DNA of 63,817 bases, counting the filler. It is 7 parts of 7 records of this genome, joined end to end, with 100 filler letters (N's around TTAATTAATTAA, not from the genome) between each part and the next. Parts side by side here need not be neighbours in the genome. Positions count along the whole stretch, not along the records: positions 29,324 to 41,607 come from SRR20825019_2972; positions 41,708 to 51,393 come from SRR20825019_2979; 5 more parts are not named here. The stretch is one strand, 5' to 3'. The notes below the pieces were generated by a model that was not told the DNA's origin, did no database searches, and worked only from the letters and a program-made list of their open reading frames with translations. Shown piece by piece: positions 40,101-49,230 of the stretch (positions within the stretch are counted from its first letter, which is position 1; every line of letters begins with the position of its first letter). Made by a program: the position numbers and the translations under genes.

Positions 40101-40565
40101 CTGGTCGACAGTGCGCGGGTCACCGTGGGTGGCGCGGGCAATGTGAACCTGCGGGATGAGACGGTCGATTTCCTGATGCATCCGAAACCGAAGGACTTCG
40201 CTTTCCTCAGTCTGGCGACCCCGATCCGGGTTTCCGGCCCGCTGGCAGATCCGTCTTTCCGGCCCGACGCGGTGGGCGCGGCGAAAAGCGCGGTTCTTGG
40301 TGCCGGTGCCGTGGCCCTGACCGCGGTTAATCCGCTGACCCTCGTTCTGCCCCTGATGTCCTCCGGCGAGACGGAAGATCCTTGCCCGGCGGCGCTTGCG
40401 CTGGCAGAAGGCAAGAGCCCGGAGGAGGCGACTGCAATCGGCAAGGCGGCGAACAAGAATTCCAGTGCGGTCGGCGGTGCGGTCGATACCGGCAAGGATG
40501 TTCTGAAGTTGCCCGGAAAAGCAGTCGACGGTCTGTTCGGGGGGATCAAGAAAATCTTGGAGTGA
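37161..40565 (+). CDS. AsmA-family protein, long form
   Basis: N-terminal anchor, ATGRSLTISG, ANW; C-terminal LNCMATRF..G, TPIRVSGPLADP. Confidence 0.85.
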   Translation: MRILKITLLSLLGLVVVLAGGVTIYLASLDEEDVKQIVAEQVQKATGRSLTISGPLSYELSWNPKIRVEDVRFQNAPWAGDEDMASVGAMELHLDLDRVFDGVVIVESLFLEHAKLNIQREADGRANWLFAADEAGDDKDDEADLSGPGVFPVIESVTLIDVDVAYSDKLLGQQHRVIVDSIDLDAPDFNNPVEATVKMSVDGKRIDIAGTLPPAVALGDASAPQPFDITGEAMGQPFRVAGKLLFAYEDGVPANIAVQGLEARLFSSDISGDLKLDTGGSVPSLAGTLKSNLIDLRPLEDLAGPAKGTKSAASSNKDKDGIRDILDDRIPTDWLDEAIVDLSVNVKQLKSHAAEASDIALTVTMKDGKLAVSPFWAVYAGSPIKLQANVERDGRNLVVAADLSIKGADFDRLAGTAVDTSGLEAGGDLSLVVNTSGKTVGELMAGATINGKAALPLVRYNDPAGPDAGRDVAISKLDIQIDAKGTDPEAVLKLVENVGDIGLDTPLKNIVLKGISGEAHIRAAEVSTAQDKVRDLDVSVSLQDEVLSLSIPEMMLAKAKLSASAKVEPSGMRTRVSSRVLWKGVDLGVVADRLGVDGKASGRADIDIDLAGQGRTIAAMLSSIDGTFGVEMSKVRYLANSAGPDERVEIDSLSLKTDAMSKPIAGKIAGRFGNQEIDIAGQFPSIKALVEQEQALPFDFNGVAAGEKVAIKGQLTLVQANDTFTSFKLSNLDARVGKSDLTGSIKLSMEGDRPKGSIDLASTFLDLQPYLDDGEADAPADPASKVKQDAPSDEALDKPFPTEVLGEVDGTIKLTAGELRLPGLVVTDLNLHAALQDRVLSIYPSEGVFNEGLVKLEAKVDGSKAPMTDFSIDSTWTGAHFGNVLREYFETDVFRGYGNTSAKLTASGRTPREAMDTVNGHVALYLKDGTVSNTYWELIAADLVTSLLPSIGKKAEKESKLNCMATRFDITEGMAKSTVFLVDSARVTVGGAGNVNLRDETVDFLMHPKPKDFAFLSLATPIRVSGPLADPSFRPDAVGAAKSAVLGAGAVALTAVNPLTLVLPLMSSGETEDPCPAALALAEGKSPEEATAIGKAANKNSSAVGGAVDTGKDVLKLPGKAVDGLFGGIKKILE

Positions 40566-40569
40566 GTGC

Positions 40570-41265
40570 TTGAAACGGTTCTACAAGGTGGCCTCGGTCG
40601 GGGAGGCGGAAGGCGGCTATCAGGTTTTGCTTGATGACCGTCCGGTCCGTACACCGGCGAAAGCACCATTGCTGCTGCCGGGCGAACAGCTGGCGGCGGA
40701 GATCGCAGCCGAATGGAATGCACAGGAAGAGAAAATCATCCCCGCTTCCATGCCTTTCATGTCTCTGGCGGCAACCGGTTTCGACCGGGTGACGCCGCAA
40801 CGCGACGCGGTGATCGACCAGATCGTGGCCTATGGCGGCTCCGATCTGGTTTGCTACCGGGCGGAAGATCCGGACGATCTGGTGATCCGGCAGGTAAAAT
40901 CCTGGCAGCCATTGCTGGACTGGTGCCGGGAGCGATTCGGCGCCGAATTGGCCGTCACCGCCGGGATCATGCCCCAGCCCCAGAGCGAGCATGCTCTTGC
41001 CGCTCTTCGCCGGGGCATCGCCGATCACAATGACCTCGTGCTCTCCGGCCTCTATCAGCTGACCACCGGGTTCGGCTCTCTGGTTATCGCGCTTGCTGTT
41101 CTGGAAGGCCGCATAGAGGCCGAAAAGGGCATCGAATATGCGCTGCTGGACGAGCTGTTCCAGGCGGAGCGCTGGGGCGAGGACTGGGAGGCGATCGAAC
41201 GCCGCAAGGCAATGGCGACGGACATGACGAACGCCGCCCGTTTCATTACCTTCTGCCGGGTTTGA
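40570..41265 (+). CDS. ATP12 chaperone family protein
   Basis: KRFYK, LDDRPVRTP, AEWNAQ, DLVCYRA, DELFQAERWGED. Confidence 0.92.
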   Translation: MKRFYKVASVGEAEGGYQVLLDDRPVRTPAKAPLLLPGEQLAAEIAAEWNAQEEKIIPASMPFMSLAATGFDRVTPQRDAVIDQIVAYGGSDLVCYRAEDPDDLVIRQVKSWQPLLDWCRERFGAELAVTAGIMPQPQSEHALAALRRGIADHNDLVLSGLYQLTTGFGSLVIALAVLEGRIEAEKGIEYALLDELFQAERWGEDWEAIERRKAMATDMTNAARFITFCRV

Positions 41266-41316
41266 CGCACCGCGCGGGCTGCGCCTATCGTGGCGCGGTC
41301 CAGGGAGATTAGACGT

Positions 41317-41607
41317 ATGCAGGAAATCATTCAGCGGCTCGGTGAAATGCGCGACGCAGCGCGTGCGGGCGGTGGCGAGAAGCGGGTCGCGGCGCAGCAT
41401 GCCAAGGGCAAGCTGACAGCGCGGGAACGTATTGAAGTGTTGCTCGACGAGGGCTCGTTCGAGGAATGGGACATGTTCGTCGAGCATCGCTGCACCGATT
41501 TCGGCATGGCCGAGAACAAGGTGCCGGGCGATGGCGTGGTGACCGGATACGGCACCGTGAACGGCCGCATGATCTTCGTCTTCAGCCAGGATTTCACCGT
41601 CTTCGGC
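41317..41607 (+). CDS. pccB: Acyl-CoA carboxylase beta subunit, 5' fragment
   Basis: [32 protein letters not shown]. Confidence 0.9.
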
Positions 41608-41707
41608 NNNNNNNNNNNNNNNNNNNNNNNNNNNNNNNNNNNNNNNNNNNNTTAATTAATTAANNNNNNNNNNNNNNNNNNNNNNNNNNNNNNNNNNNNN
41701 NNNNNNN
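41608..41707. other. Artificial contig spacer
   Basis: N run with TTAATTAATTAA. Confidence 0.98.
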
Positions 41708-41746
41708 AATGGTCTTGCCGGTCAGAGTCTTCACGAAGATCTGCAT
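41708..41746 (-). CDS. Ubiquitin, first 13 codons (eukaryotic)
   Basis: Reverse complement translates MQIFVKTLTGKTI. Confidence 0.95.
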
Positions 41747-41755
41747 AATCAGATT

Positions 41756-41802
41756 CTAGAAGTGTAATTATGAAAAAGGGAGGAGTAAAAGGAAATAGAG
41801 AA
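41756..41802 (-). promoter_or_regulatory. Polypyrimidine tract and AG, putative trans-splice acceptor for ubiquitin
   Basis: CTTCTCTATTTCCTTTTACTCCTCCCTTTTTC...TCTAG, 9 nt before the ATG. Confidence 0.7.
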
Positions 41803-41943
41803 GCGCAGTATCAAATATAACAACAAATTAATTTATATACACGCAGAAGAAGAGGTTAATAATGTATTTTACTATAATAATAAGTATGATTGTTGTTGTT
41901 GTTGTGCCACAAGCAGTTTTGGGGATAATAGCACACCCACACC

Positions 41944-44900
41944 CTACTTCTTAACCTCATTGAGGGCATATCTAGAGGCTGCCCTAAATTCGAGTTCGAA
42001 TGATCCAAGTCGTTGTTTCACGTCCCTGTAGAGGCCATCATAGGCATCACCACCAGGTGGTGCGGGTGGTCCCTCATTGAAGGGAAGACGCTTGATGCTG
42101 GCCTTCTTAACACGGTCGTTGATGAGCGTCTCAACCGCCCTCTTAGCCGCCCGATCTACCACATCTGGAGAGGCAAGATAACTAGAGCTCCTCCGACGTT
42201 GTGGATGTGCTGCTGTGTGGGATTTACTAGAGATGGGATTTTGGTTGTGGTTAGTGCTCCATGCCCTCCGCTTGTTCTTGTGTGAATCTAGCAGTGCGCT
42301 CTCAATGCCGAGGGTAGTTGATCTGAGGAGGTTGGACCGCCAGCAGTGTGGCAAGCTAAGCCTCTCCAGCTCCTGAGGGGAGAGGTACGATGGTCGAATG
42401 TCCACGACACCATCTATCTCTGACTGAAGCTGTGCTGCATTTTGGGATGTTGAGGGCGATTCATTTTTGCCGGCGATCTTTTTCTTCTTTGATTTCATCA
42501 TGCTTGCAAAGGTATGTGCATCCTTTGCTGCTTGGTTACTAGGGGCCACCTCGTCGCTAGAATCATCATCATCGTTGGTTTCATGCCCCTCTATGGGGGA
42601 CTTACGGGGGCGTTGTGGACTTCGCCTACCACGTCGTCCCTTCTTTGACGATTGCCCCGACGCGGCTTCTTGCTCAACCTCCGCCTTCTCTTCACCGCTT
42701 TCTACTGTGGTAGTGACGGGAGGAGAAGTCTTCCTCTTGAAGTTATGTAGGTGGTACTGAATAAGGGATGATAATGTTGTCGTGATACCAATCATCGAGT
42801 TGGCAACATCTCCGATCGACATCGAGACTACAGTGACCGCATAGGTGCTTGTGAAGCCTTTAGGGGGCGCGTTGGTGTGGAGAGGAGCAGCGGTGCCTTT
42901 GAGCAGAGAGGGGGCTGCATTCTGCTGCTCTTGGAGCCGCTGTTGTTGCCGAGGGGTTGAGAAGGTGTAGATGTCGGAGGCGTGGGGAAAGACGAAGTTG
43001 GGGGCTGGTGATACTGGGTTGAGAGGGTCGGGGGTAGAGCCCTGGGTGGGAGCAGAGAGGATATATGAAAGTGGCCAACTAGTAGCAATCGTAGCCACCT
43101 CAGATGATTCCACCTCGAAGCTTTCTGGTTTCTTGATTTCCGGGAAAACGCGATCCTTGTCAAAAGAGTCATCTAGACGTTGCCCAAACCGATTGGTGGT
43201 TAGGAGATTGAGGCTACGAAGTGACTGAGATAGTTTACTAACCACTCTTGTGACATCCTCCAGGGTCACCTCTGGGGGTGTACGTGGCCGGTATGTTGGG
43301 GCAGGAATCCCTGGTCCCTCATTGGGTGTCCATCGCCACTTTTGATGTTGTTGTTGTGCTTGTGGATCCGATTGTTGCTCGTTTGATAGAGAGTGCTCTG
43401 AGCGTAGAGTTGCAAGTGGCACGTCACTACCTAGCGCACGAACAGGGCACAAGGAGTACCGGTTCCCAGCAGTACTTACCACCCCTGAGGCAGTCGGTGG
43501 TGCTACACACGTCGATTTTAGTAGGGCGGAGTACTCTACCCCAAGTTTATGCGGTACGGTAGCTCCAGGAGTAATCACAATGGGCTCCCATGGAACTCCT
43601 GGTATGAGTTGGATGGGGGACCACACCTTGACACCTTGGCCCGCTTGGATGGACGGATTAGGCCGCACTTCAGGTCCCATTGTTTCAGCGACACACCGCT
43701 TTAGGGCATTAGTTGAATCGGCTAGGAGGCTCAATATATGCGTATGGGGTGGCATTGTGAGGTTTGAGGTTGTTTTCTTCGCGCCCTTAGCAGCCAGATC
43801 ACTATCCGCATCACTGCTCCCATTACCGGCCTGCTGCCGTTGTCTGACATTTGTTGGAGGGAAGTAGAATTGAAGTTTCGCAAACGCCCCGAGGCCTCTT
43901 TGTACGGCAGTATCATCATCCAAATTAAATTGCCGTTGTGATATGACGGAAATATCTCGACAGGCCCCTTCGATAAAGTTGGCTAGTATGTTGTGGCTGT
44001 GGGGCACGTCAAGGTACAACCGTAGGGGGTATCCCAGAGGGTATAGGGGCGGTCCATAGGAGGAGTTGAGGGTTGGGTTGGAGGAGATGGTGGCCAACTG
44101 AAACAATAATGCAGATTCCTCTGGGGAGAGAGGAGGGGTAGCAGCATCATTGTCGGATGCACCACTGTTATCACCTTCCTTCATTTCGGTAGAAGCTGTT
44201 CCGGCCTTGAAGAACGCTTTAGTGACGGCAGGTGGGAAGAAGGCTGTGCTGTCGTACCACAACATCTGGAGTTGGAATACTTGCCGTTTGAAGTCCTGTT
44301 GAGAAGATTCCGAGGACTGAGGATTGACAACAACTTGACCGGGCCCAACACCATTACTCTCCACCTCCCCTGCACTACCGCTTTGAGCAGAAGCCAGTGT
44401 TACTGCAGTCTTGGAGTCCCTATCATTGGGGTTATTGACACTGGGAGTAGCAGTAACCCTTGGTGAGTCGACCTTAACTTCCAGTACTTGTTGTTGTTGT
44501 GTTTTGAGAGGGGTTACGACTTCCCCCTTCTCGTCGCCATTATTATAGTTGTGCTCTAACCGTGCGGACCGCTTCTTGTGGGCGGCCACGGCAGCTAGTA
44601 CCTCCCTCAAGGCGTCCTGTTTGTACTTATCGAAGCTAGATACAGCATTGGAAGTCGATACCACCTCCTCTTCTACCTTTGTAGCAGTATCGTCTTCTTC
44701 AACATCAACGACCTCATCAGCACTGGATTCGGAGTTGACAGAAGGCTCATCGGTTGCTGTTGTTGTGGTGATCTTCTCGTTGTTGTCCACTTCTACGCCT
44801 GACACTGACTTGGTGGGGGTTTCAACAGCAGAAGGTTGTTTAATGACTACAGAAGCAACATTATTATTATTAGTCTTGTTGCTGCTGAGATCTTTCGCTA

Positions 44901-46128
44901 ACTTAATGGCTGCTTCGGCGGTCAACGCCGTACCTGTAGGTGGAGCAGCAACAACCATGTTGTCGAGGGTATCTAGCAGGGCGTCTACACGCTCCTCATC
45001 CTCCTCAGGTATGATCACTTCATCCAACACTACCACAACCTCCCCATCAGCGATAGCAACACCACTTTCCGCCTCGACAGATGAAAATACCAAATCATTA
45101 CATAAATTTGAGGTGGCCTTTAGATGTGAGGGGGTAGTATTGTTGTGGGGCAAGTCGCTTTCATTGATTGTTGCAAGGTGGAAGAAGGTGTTGATTTCGG
45201 CTTGAAGGGCAGGACTCAATGCTGTCTCCTTCAAAAAGCTGTGTGAGAGGGGTGGTGGGGCCCCGCCACTACTGCCATCTAATGGGAAGGATGTACTACC
45301 ACCACTGCTACCAAATGCTACAGATTGTAGTGTTTGTGGTCTTGGGTGGAGGCGTGTATTTGTTTGTACGTCGTAGTAGTGATATGGAAGTTTGTGATTT
45401 CCAGATTCTTCTCCTAACAACCTTGCGGCATCGAGCTGGTTGGATAGGTGCTCGAGTTGTTTTCTGACGCTTCTGAGGTTTACTAGACTGACTACCCATT
45501 TCATTCCCAAATACAAGGGCCTGATGCCAAACAGGTTGAGAAGAGACGAAGGAACACTCACAACCCCCATAGCAGCATGAGTGAAACGACCGAGAGGTGT
45601 CTGTTTTCGCGTCTTTACAACTTTCTTTGGTTGCTGTTGGTTTTGGGAGTTACCCCACCACCCTGGTGGGAGGGATGGTATGAAGTCCAGCTTACTATCC
45701 GACGCATCGATGATTTTTTCTTCGATGCTCCTCCTTTTTTGGATAGCGTTATACAGGCGCTCATCCGCATCTTTCTTATTTGCTAGTAGCTTCAAGAAGG
45801 CCTCTGACTGGACCCGTGTTTTACCGAACGGCCTCCTTCGGGTGTGGTCAAAGTGTGCGGCCCGTTGGCATAGGTGGTGGTAGTAAGCACTATACCTCTC
45901 TCGGTATAACAGTTCTCGAGGGGACGGGATGGTTGTGGTTGTTTGATGATGGGTAGTAGATGCTGCTGATGACGAGGGTGGTGGTGCATCCTGTGATAAA
46001 GTTGTGGTGTTAAGAGAGCTACTACCGCCGCCATTTTTGCTTGAGCACAGCCTAGATGATGACGACACGATGATCGGATTGGTCGTGATCATAGCTCTGC
46101 GGGATGAAGGAAGGACGAATGACTTCAT
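41944..46128 (-). CDS. Hypothetical 1394-aa eukaryotic protein, low-complexity rich
   Basis: Uninterrupted 4.2-kb ORF with an upstream polyY-AG; no family recognised. Confidence 0.8.
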   Translation of the reverse strand: MKSFVLPSSRRAMITTNPIIVSSSSRLCSSKNGGGSSSLNTTTLSQDAPPPSSSAASTTHHQTTTTIPSPRELLYRERYSAYYHHLCQRAAHFDHTRRRPFGKTRVQSEAFLKLLANKKDADERLYNAIQKRRSIEEKIIDASDSKLDFIPSLPPGWWGNSQNQQQPKKVVKTRKQTPLGRFTHAAMGVVSVPSSLLNLFGIRPLYLGMKWVVSLVNLRSVRKQLEHLSNQLDAARLLGEESGNHKLPYHYYDVQTNTRLHPRPQTLQSVAFGSSGGSTSFPLDGSSGGAPPPLSHSFLKETALSPALQAEINTFFHLATINESDLPHNNTTPSHLKATSNLCNDLVFSSVEAESGVAIADGEVVVVLDEVIIPEEDEERVDALLDTLDNMVVAAPPTGTALTAEAAIKLAKDLSSNKTNNNNVASVVIKQPSAVETPTKSVSGVEVDNNEKITTTTATDEPSVNSESSADEVVDVEEDDTATKVEEEVVSTSNAVSSFDKYKQDALREVLAAVAAHKKRSARLEHNYNNGDEKGEVVTPLKTQQQQVLEVKVDSPRVTATPSVNNPNDRDSKTAVTLASAQSGSAGEVESNGVGPGQVVVNPQSSESSQQDFKRQVFQLQMLWYDSTAFFPPAVTKAFFKAGTASTEMKEGDNSGASDNDAATPPLSPEESALLFQLATISSNPTLNSSYGPPLYPLGYPLRLYLDVPHSHNILANFIEGACRDISVISQRQFNLDDDTAVQRGLGAFAKLQFYFPPTNVRQRQQAGNGSSDADSDLAAKGAKKTTSNLTMPPHTHILSLLADSTNALKRCVAETMGPEVRPNPSIQAGQGVKVWSPIQLIPGVPWEPIVITPGATVPHKLGVEYSALLKSTCVAPPTASGVVSTAGNRYSLCPVRALGSDVPLATLRSEHSLSNEQQSDPQAQQQHQKWRWTPNEGPGIPAPTYRPRTPPEVTLEDVTRVVSKLSQSLRSLNLLTTNRFGQRLDDSFDKDRVFPEIKKPESFEVESSEVATIATSWPLSYILSAPTQGSTPDPLNPVSPAPNFVFPHASDIYTFSTPRQQQRLQEQQNAAPSLLKGTAAPLHTNAPPKGFTSTYAVTVVSMSIGDVANSMIGITTTLSSLIQYHLHNFKRKTSPPVTTTVESGEEKAEVEQEAASGQSSKKGRRGRRSPQRPRKSPIEGHETNDDDDSSDEVAPSNQAAKDAHTFASMMKSKKKKIAGKNESPSTSQNAAQLQSEIDGVVDIRPSYLSPQELERLSLPHCWRSNLLRSTTLGIESALLDSHKNKRRAWSTNHNQNPISSKSHTAAHPQRRRSSSYLASPDVVDRAAKRAVETLINDRVKKASIKRLPFNEGPPAPPGGDAYDGLYRDVKQRLGSFELEFRAASRYALNEVKK

Positions 46129-46226
46129 TGTGCCGACGACTAACTGTACAAAAATATCGTGGGTTCTACTGGATGTTGTGTTGTAATGAATCTGGATGTT
46201 GTTGATTGGGTTGTATTTTACTGAAT

Positions 46227-46270
46227 CTTGAAAAGTGTGGCAAGTGTAAAGAGGGATAAAAATGAAGTGA
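46227..46270 (-). promoter_or_regulatory. Polypyrimidine tract and AG, putative trans-splice acceptor
   Basis: TCACTTCATTTTTATCCCTCTTTACACTTGCCACACTTTTCAAG. Confidence 0.6.
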
Positions 46271-46446
46271 ATGCAGATACACCTACAACAACTACATAGG
46301 ACATCATTTCAAAAAGTAGGTGGTTTTAAATCTAGTCACTCTAGTGGAAAATAATAATTGTGACATCTAAACACTGAAAGGTACTTTCAGTTATTCATGT
46401 ATGTGGAATGCAAACAACTGAGTATACCAACTTCATCGGTTCTCTA

Positions 46447-48957
46447 TTATTGTAGTTCGTGGGCAGCGAGTCCCTCTACGTACTCCCCCAGCATCGAATC
46501 CATCTCAACACTGAGCTCCCCAACAAGGTCATCTATCAGCACATTATTGAGCCGAGCCGCGAAGGCATACTGACTAGTGCTGCTTGAGTTCCAAAGATCT
46601 TCATTGTGTCGAAGTACCTCATGTTGGGTGGTCTGTGCAGCTTGAATTGCCCGCACCGTTGAGGAGGGCACGAATCCTCGCTGATGGGTTACTGATCGCT
46701 TCTTTGATGAAGCAGAGGAGGGTTGTGTTTGCTGGTTGCTGGGTTGGTTGTTGTTGGCATTCTTGGCTCGTTGCTCTTCCTTTTCCTGTTCAACTAGCTG
46801 CCGACGAATCCGATCCAACTCTAACTCAGCCTGAGCCGCTCTATCATCCCCCTCCGCCATCTCATCCGTCTTTTGCATTGCGCCGTGGAGTTCCTGTTGC
46901 ATGCGCTTCAGTCGCATCATACGGGCCCGGTCCACTTCATCCTGCTCATCGGGATTAGAACCCTCTAATAGCCGAGAGAGGCCCTTTTCAGATCGTAACT
47001 GTACCATTGCATGATCACCAAGCATCTGATCCAACAGGTCAGAAAGGTGTGATATTTCCTCCCGTTGATGCTGTTGCTGTTGGCGCATTTTACTACTCCG
47101 GTTGGGGCTGTTGGAGGAGGAGTACTCTCGTCGTTGGGTACGGCTTTGACTCTTTTCGTGGGAGGGGCTTCCATCCTCGCCACCACTGCCCTCCTCATCT
47201 TCCATTTCAAATGGCGAGTCGGAGGTACGGATGGTTTCATAGGTACCGAAGGGGTTGACTTCAGTAGCCTCCTGCCCTGCAGAGTGTGCAGGAGGGTCCC
47301 TAGAGACGATGGCCTGGCGGGTAGGGGAGTATGCCCTGATACCAGATGATGCCCTCCCATCAGTCGGAGTAGGCCCCTCATGCCCAAAACTCTCTCCACC
47401 ACCAATCATAGGACTCTGCTGCGCGCTCCCACTTTGATTCGTATCGGGACTACTACCATGCTGCTGGCTTCGTCGGATATCCATCATGTGCTCATTGACG
47501 GCATTATCAATTCGAGCATCGATTGCGGACTTTAGATTATCCATAGTAGAATCCTTCTTCTGTTGATTGGATGATTGCAGCTTAGAGAAGTCGGTTTGCC
47601 GACCAAGGTTGTGCATAACCTGCGCGACTCTATCCACAACCTTATCCGGCACAGCGGCTGGGGAGAGGGGGATGTTGACGGGGGTGCCTCCGCTAGTTGT
47701 TCTAGGCTTAGCCTTTGGTCCCCTACTTGAGGTCCGTACTAGCCTAACACCACCACTACTACCCCCAAGGGGAGTAGCACAAGACCGACTCGTATCATTC
47801 AGCCCTGAGGTAGACGCACCAAGATTAACCGAATTAGTAGTCTGGAGGAGTTCATTATTGCTGACGCTTCTGATCATGGAGGGGTGGGGTAGGAGGTTTG
47901 GGGATGGGGGTGGGAGTTGGTGGGCACCGTATCTAGTAGTGGTCTCATCTCCCTCATTAAAGGCAGAGTCTAATGCCCCAGTGGAGTTAGCATGTGCAAG
48001 ATCGCCCGATGAGAAGGTGATTCTTGGTAGCACATGCCCTGCTGCACCGCTAGACGGAGACCTCGTCTCACCACCACCACCGCCACCGCCTCCGCTATAA
48101 GTGGCAGCGTGGGGGTCGAGAGGGGAGTTGAGGAAGCGTGTGTTGCCTCGCTGGGGTGGTGGGTGGGAGCCTGTCCGCGGAAGGGCCGCATACATGTTCC
48201 CCTCATCCTCCTCGGCGATGTCCCTTGCAGCGAGGGGTGCTGGAGGCTTGCGGCGGACATTGCTTCCACGCCTTCCAACATCGACGGCATCACGTGTAGG
48301 GAGGGAGAAGAAGCGACTGTCCCAGCCAGCCTCCTGGGCTCCATGACCCCCCTGTGCCCGCTCCCTCCTCTCCATCTCCACTCGGTACTCCCTATCCTCC
48401 CTTGCTTGCTGGCGTAGCCTTTCTGCACGTGTGGTGCCGGTGTGGGGATGGTTGTGATGGTTACGGGTATTAGACCTAATAGTGGGCTTGTTGGTGGCTG
48501 TGTATGCGTCTACATACCGCCCTCCTCCACGCTCCCTCTCCGTCGGCTGCACCCTCCTTCCTCGCTCTGTTGTGTGAAGGTGAGGGGCATGGGGCTTCGT
48601 TACCGCCCCAGTGTATCGACCCTCCTCATCATACTCGTCGCCATCGTCGTCTTCGAGTTGAATACGGCTGCTGGCACCATACCTTTTCGAGTTAACTCGA
48701 ATGTTGAATTGATTTGAGTTGTAGCGGCTGGAGTCACGAAGAGGGGGGGATGCATGGCGGCGATCGCGGCGGTTGGAGGAGGATTGTTGCTGATGAAGGT
48801 CTCGGGGTAGTAACCCAATGCCCCCTGACAGCTCTTCGAGTGAATCCAGCCCAACAGTATCTATAGCCGACTCAAAATCAGCTTTAGCGAGCTCTTGTAC
48901 AACACTCAGGAACTTAAGTCGATGGACAAGGGCTGAGCGGGGATCTAATGTTGCCAT
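46447..48957 (-). CDS. Hypothetical 836-aa protein with coiled coil and Moonraker-like helical C-terminus
   Basis: First ATG after the polyY-AG (MATLDPRS...); intronless; C-terminal similarity is from recall only. Confidence 0.7.
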   Translation of the reverse strand: MATLDPRSALVHRLKFLSVVQELAKADFESAIDTVGLDSLEELSGGIGLLPRDLHQQQSSSNRRDRRHASPPLRDSSRYNSNQFNIRVNSKRYGASSRIQLEDDDGDEYDEEGRYTGAVTKPHAPHLHTTERGRRVQPTERERGGGRYVDAYTATNKPTIRSNTRNHHNHPHTGTTRAERLRQQAREDREYRVEMERRERAQGGHGAQEAGWDSRFFSLPTRDAVDVGRRGSNVRRKPPAPLAARDIAEEDEGNMYAALPRTGSHPPPQRGNTRFLNSPLDPHAATYSGGGGGGGGETRSPSSGAAGHVLPRITFSSGDLAHANSTGALDSAFNEGDETTTRYGAHQLPPPSPNLLPHPSMIRSVSNNELLQTTNSVNLGASTSGLNDTSRSCATPLGGSSGGVRLVRTSSRGPKAKPRTTSGGTPVNIPLSPAAVPDKVVDRVAQVMHNLGRQTDFSKLQSSNQQKKDSTMDNLKSAIDARIDNAVNEHMMDIRRSQQHGSSPDTNQSGSAQQSPMIGGGESFGHEGPTPTDGRASSGIRAYSPTRQAIVSRDPPAHSAGQEATEVNPFGTYETIRTSDSPFEMEDEEGSGGEDGSPSHEKSQSRTQRREYSSSNSPNRSSKMRQQQQHQREEISHLSDLLDQMLGDHAMVQLRSEKGLSRLLEGSNPDEQDEVDRARMMRLKRMQQELHGAMQKTDEMAEGDDRAAQAELELDRIRRQLVEQEKEEQRAKNANNNQPSNQQTQPSSASSKKRSVTHQRGFVPSSTVRAIQAAQTTQHEVLRHNEDLWNSSSTSQYAFAARLNNVLIDDLVGELSVEMDSMLGEYVEGLAAHELQ

Positions 48958-49040
48958 ACGTGTGCGATGCGAGTGTGTTGTTAATGGCAGGGTTGTCGAG
49001 AGGTTGGTTGGTGTGTTTGTTTTAGAGGGTCCCTTTGATG

Positions 49041-49077
49041 CTGTGTGAGTAAAATGGAGGGGATATGGTGGAGGAAA
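49041..49077 (-). promoter_or_regulatory. Polypyrimidine tract and AG, putative trans-splice acceptor
   Basis: TTTCCTCCACCATATCCCCTCCATTTTACTCACACAG followed by an A/C-rich 5' UTR. Confidence 0.65.
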
Positions 49078-49230
49078 TTGAATACTTGATCCGGTACATA
49101 CTTGTACAACCAAAACATCAAAAACATCAAGCAGCTTTTATAAATTGAGTTAGGATGATATATATTTTTACTTTTTGTTGTGTTTTTACTAATAGTTGAT
49201 GGTGATGAGTATGTTGTAGGTACACCGTTA

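Noticed and set aside
41890-41905. Short (TTG)n microsatellite
   Set aside because: Ordinary low-complexity eukaryotic UTR sequence.
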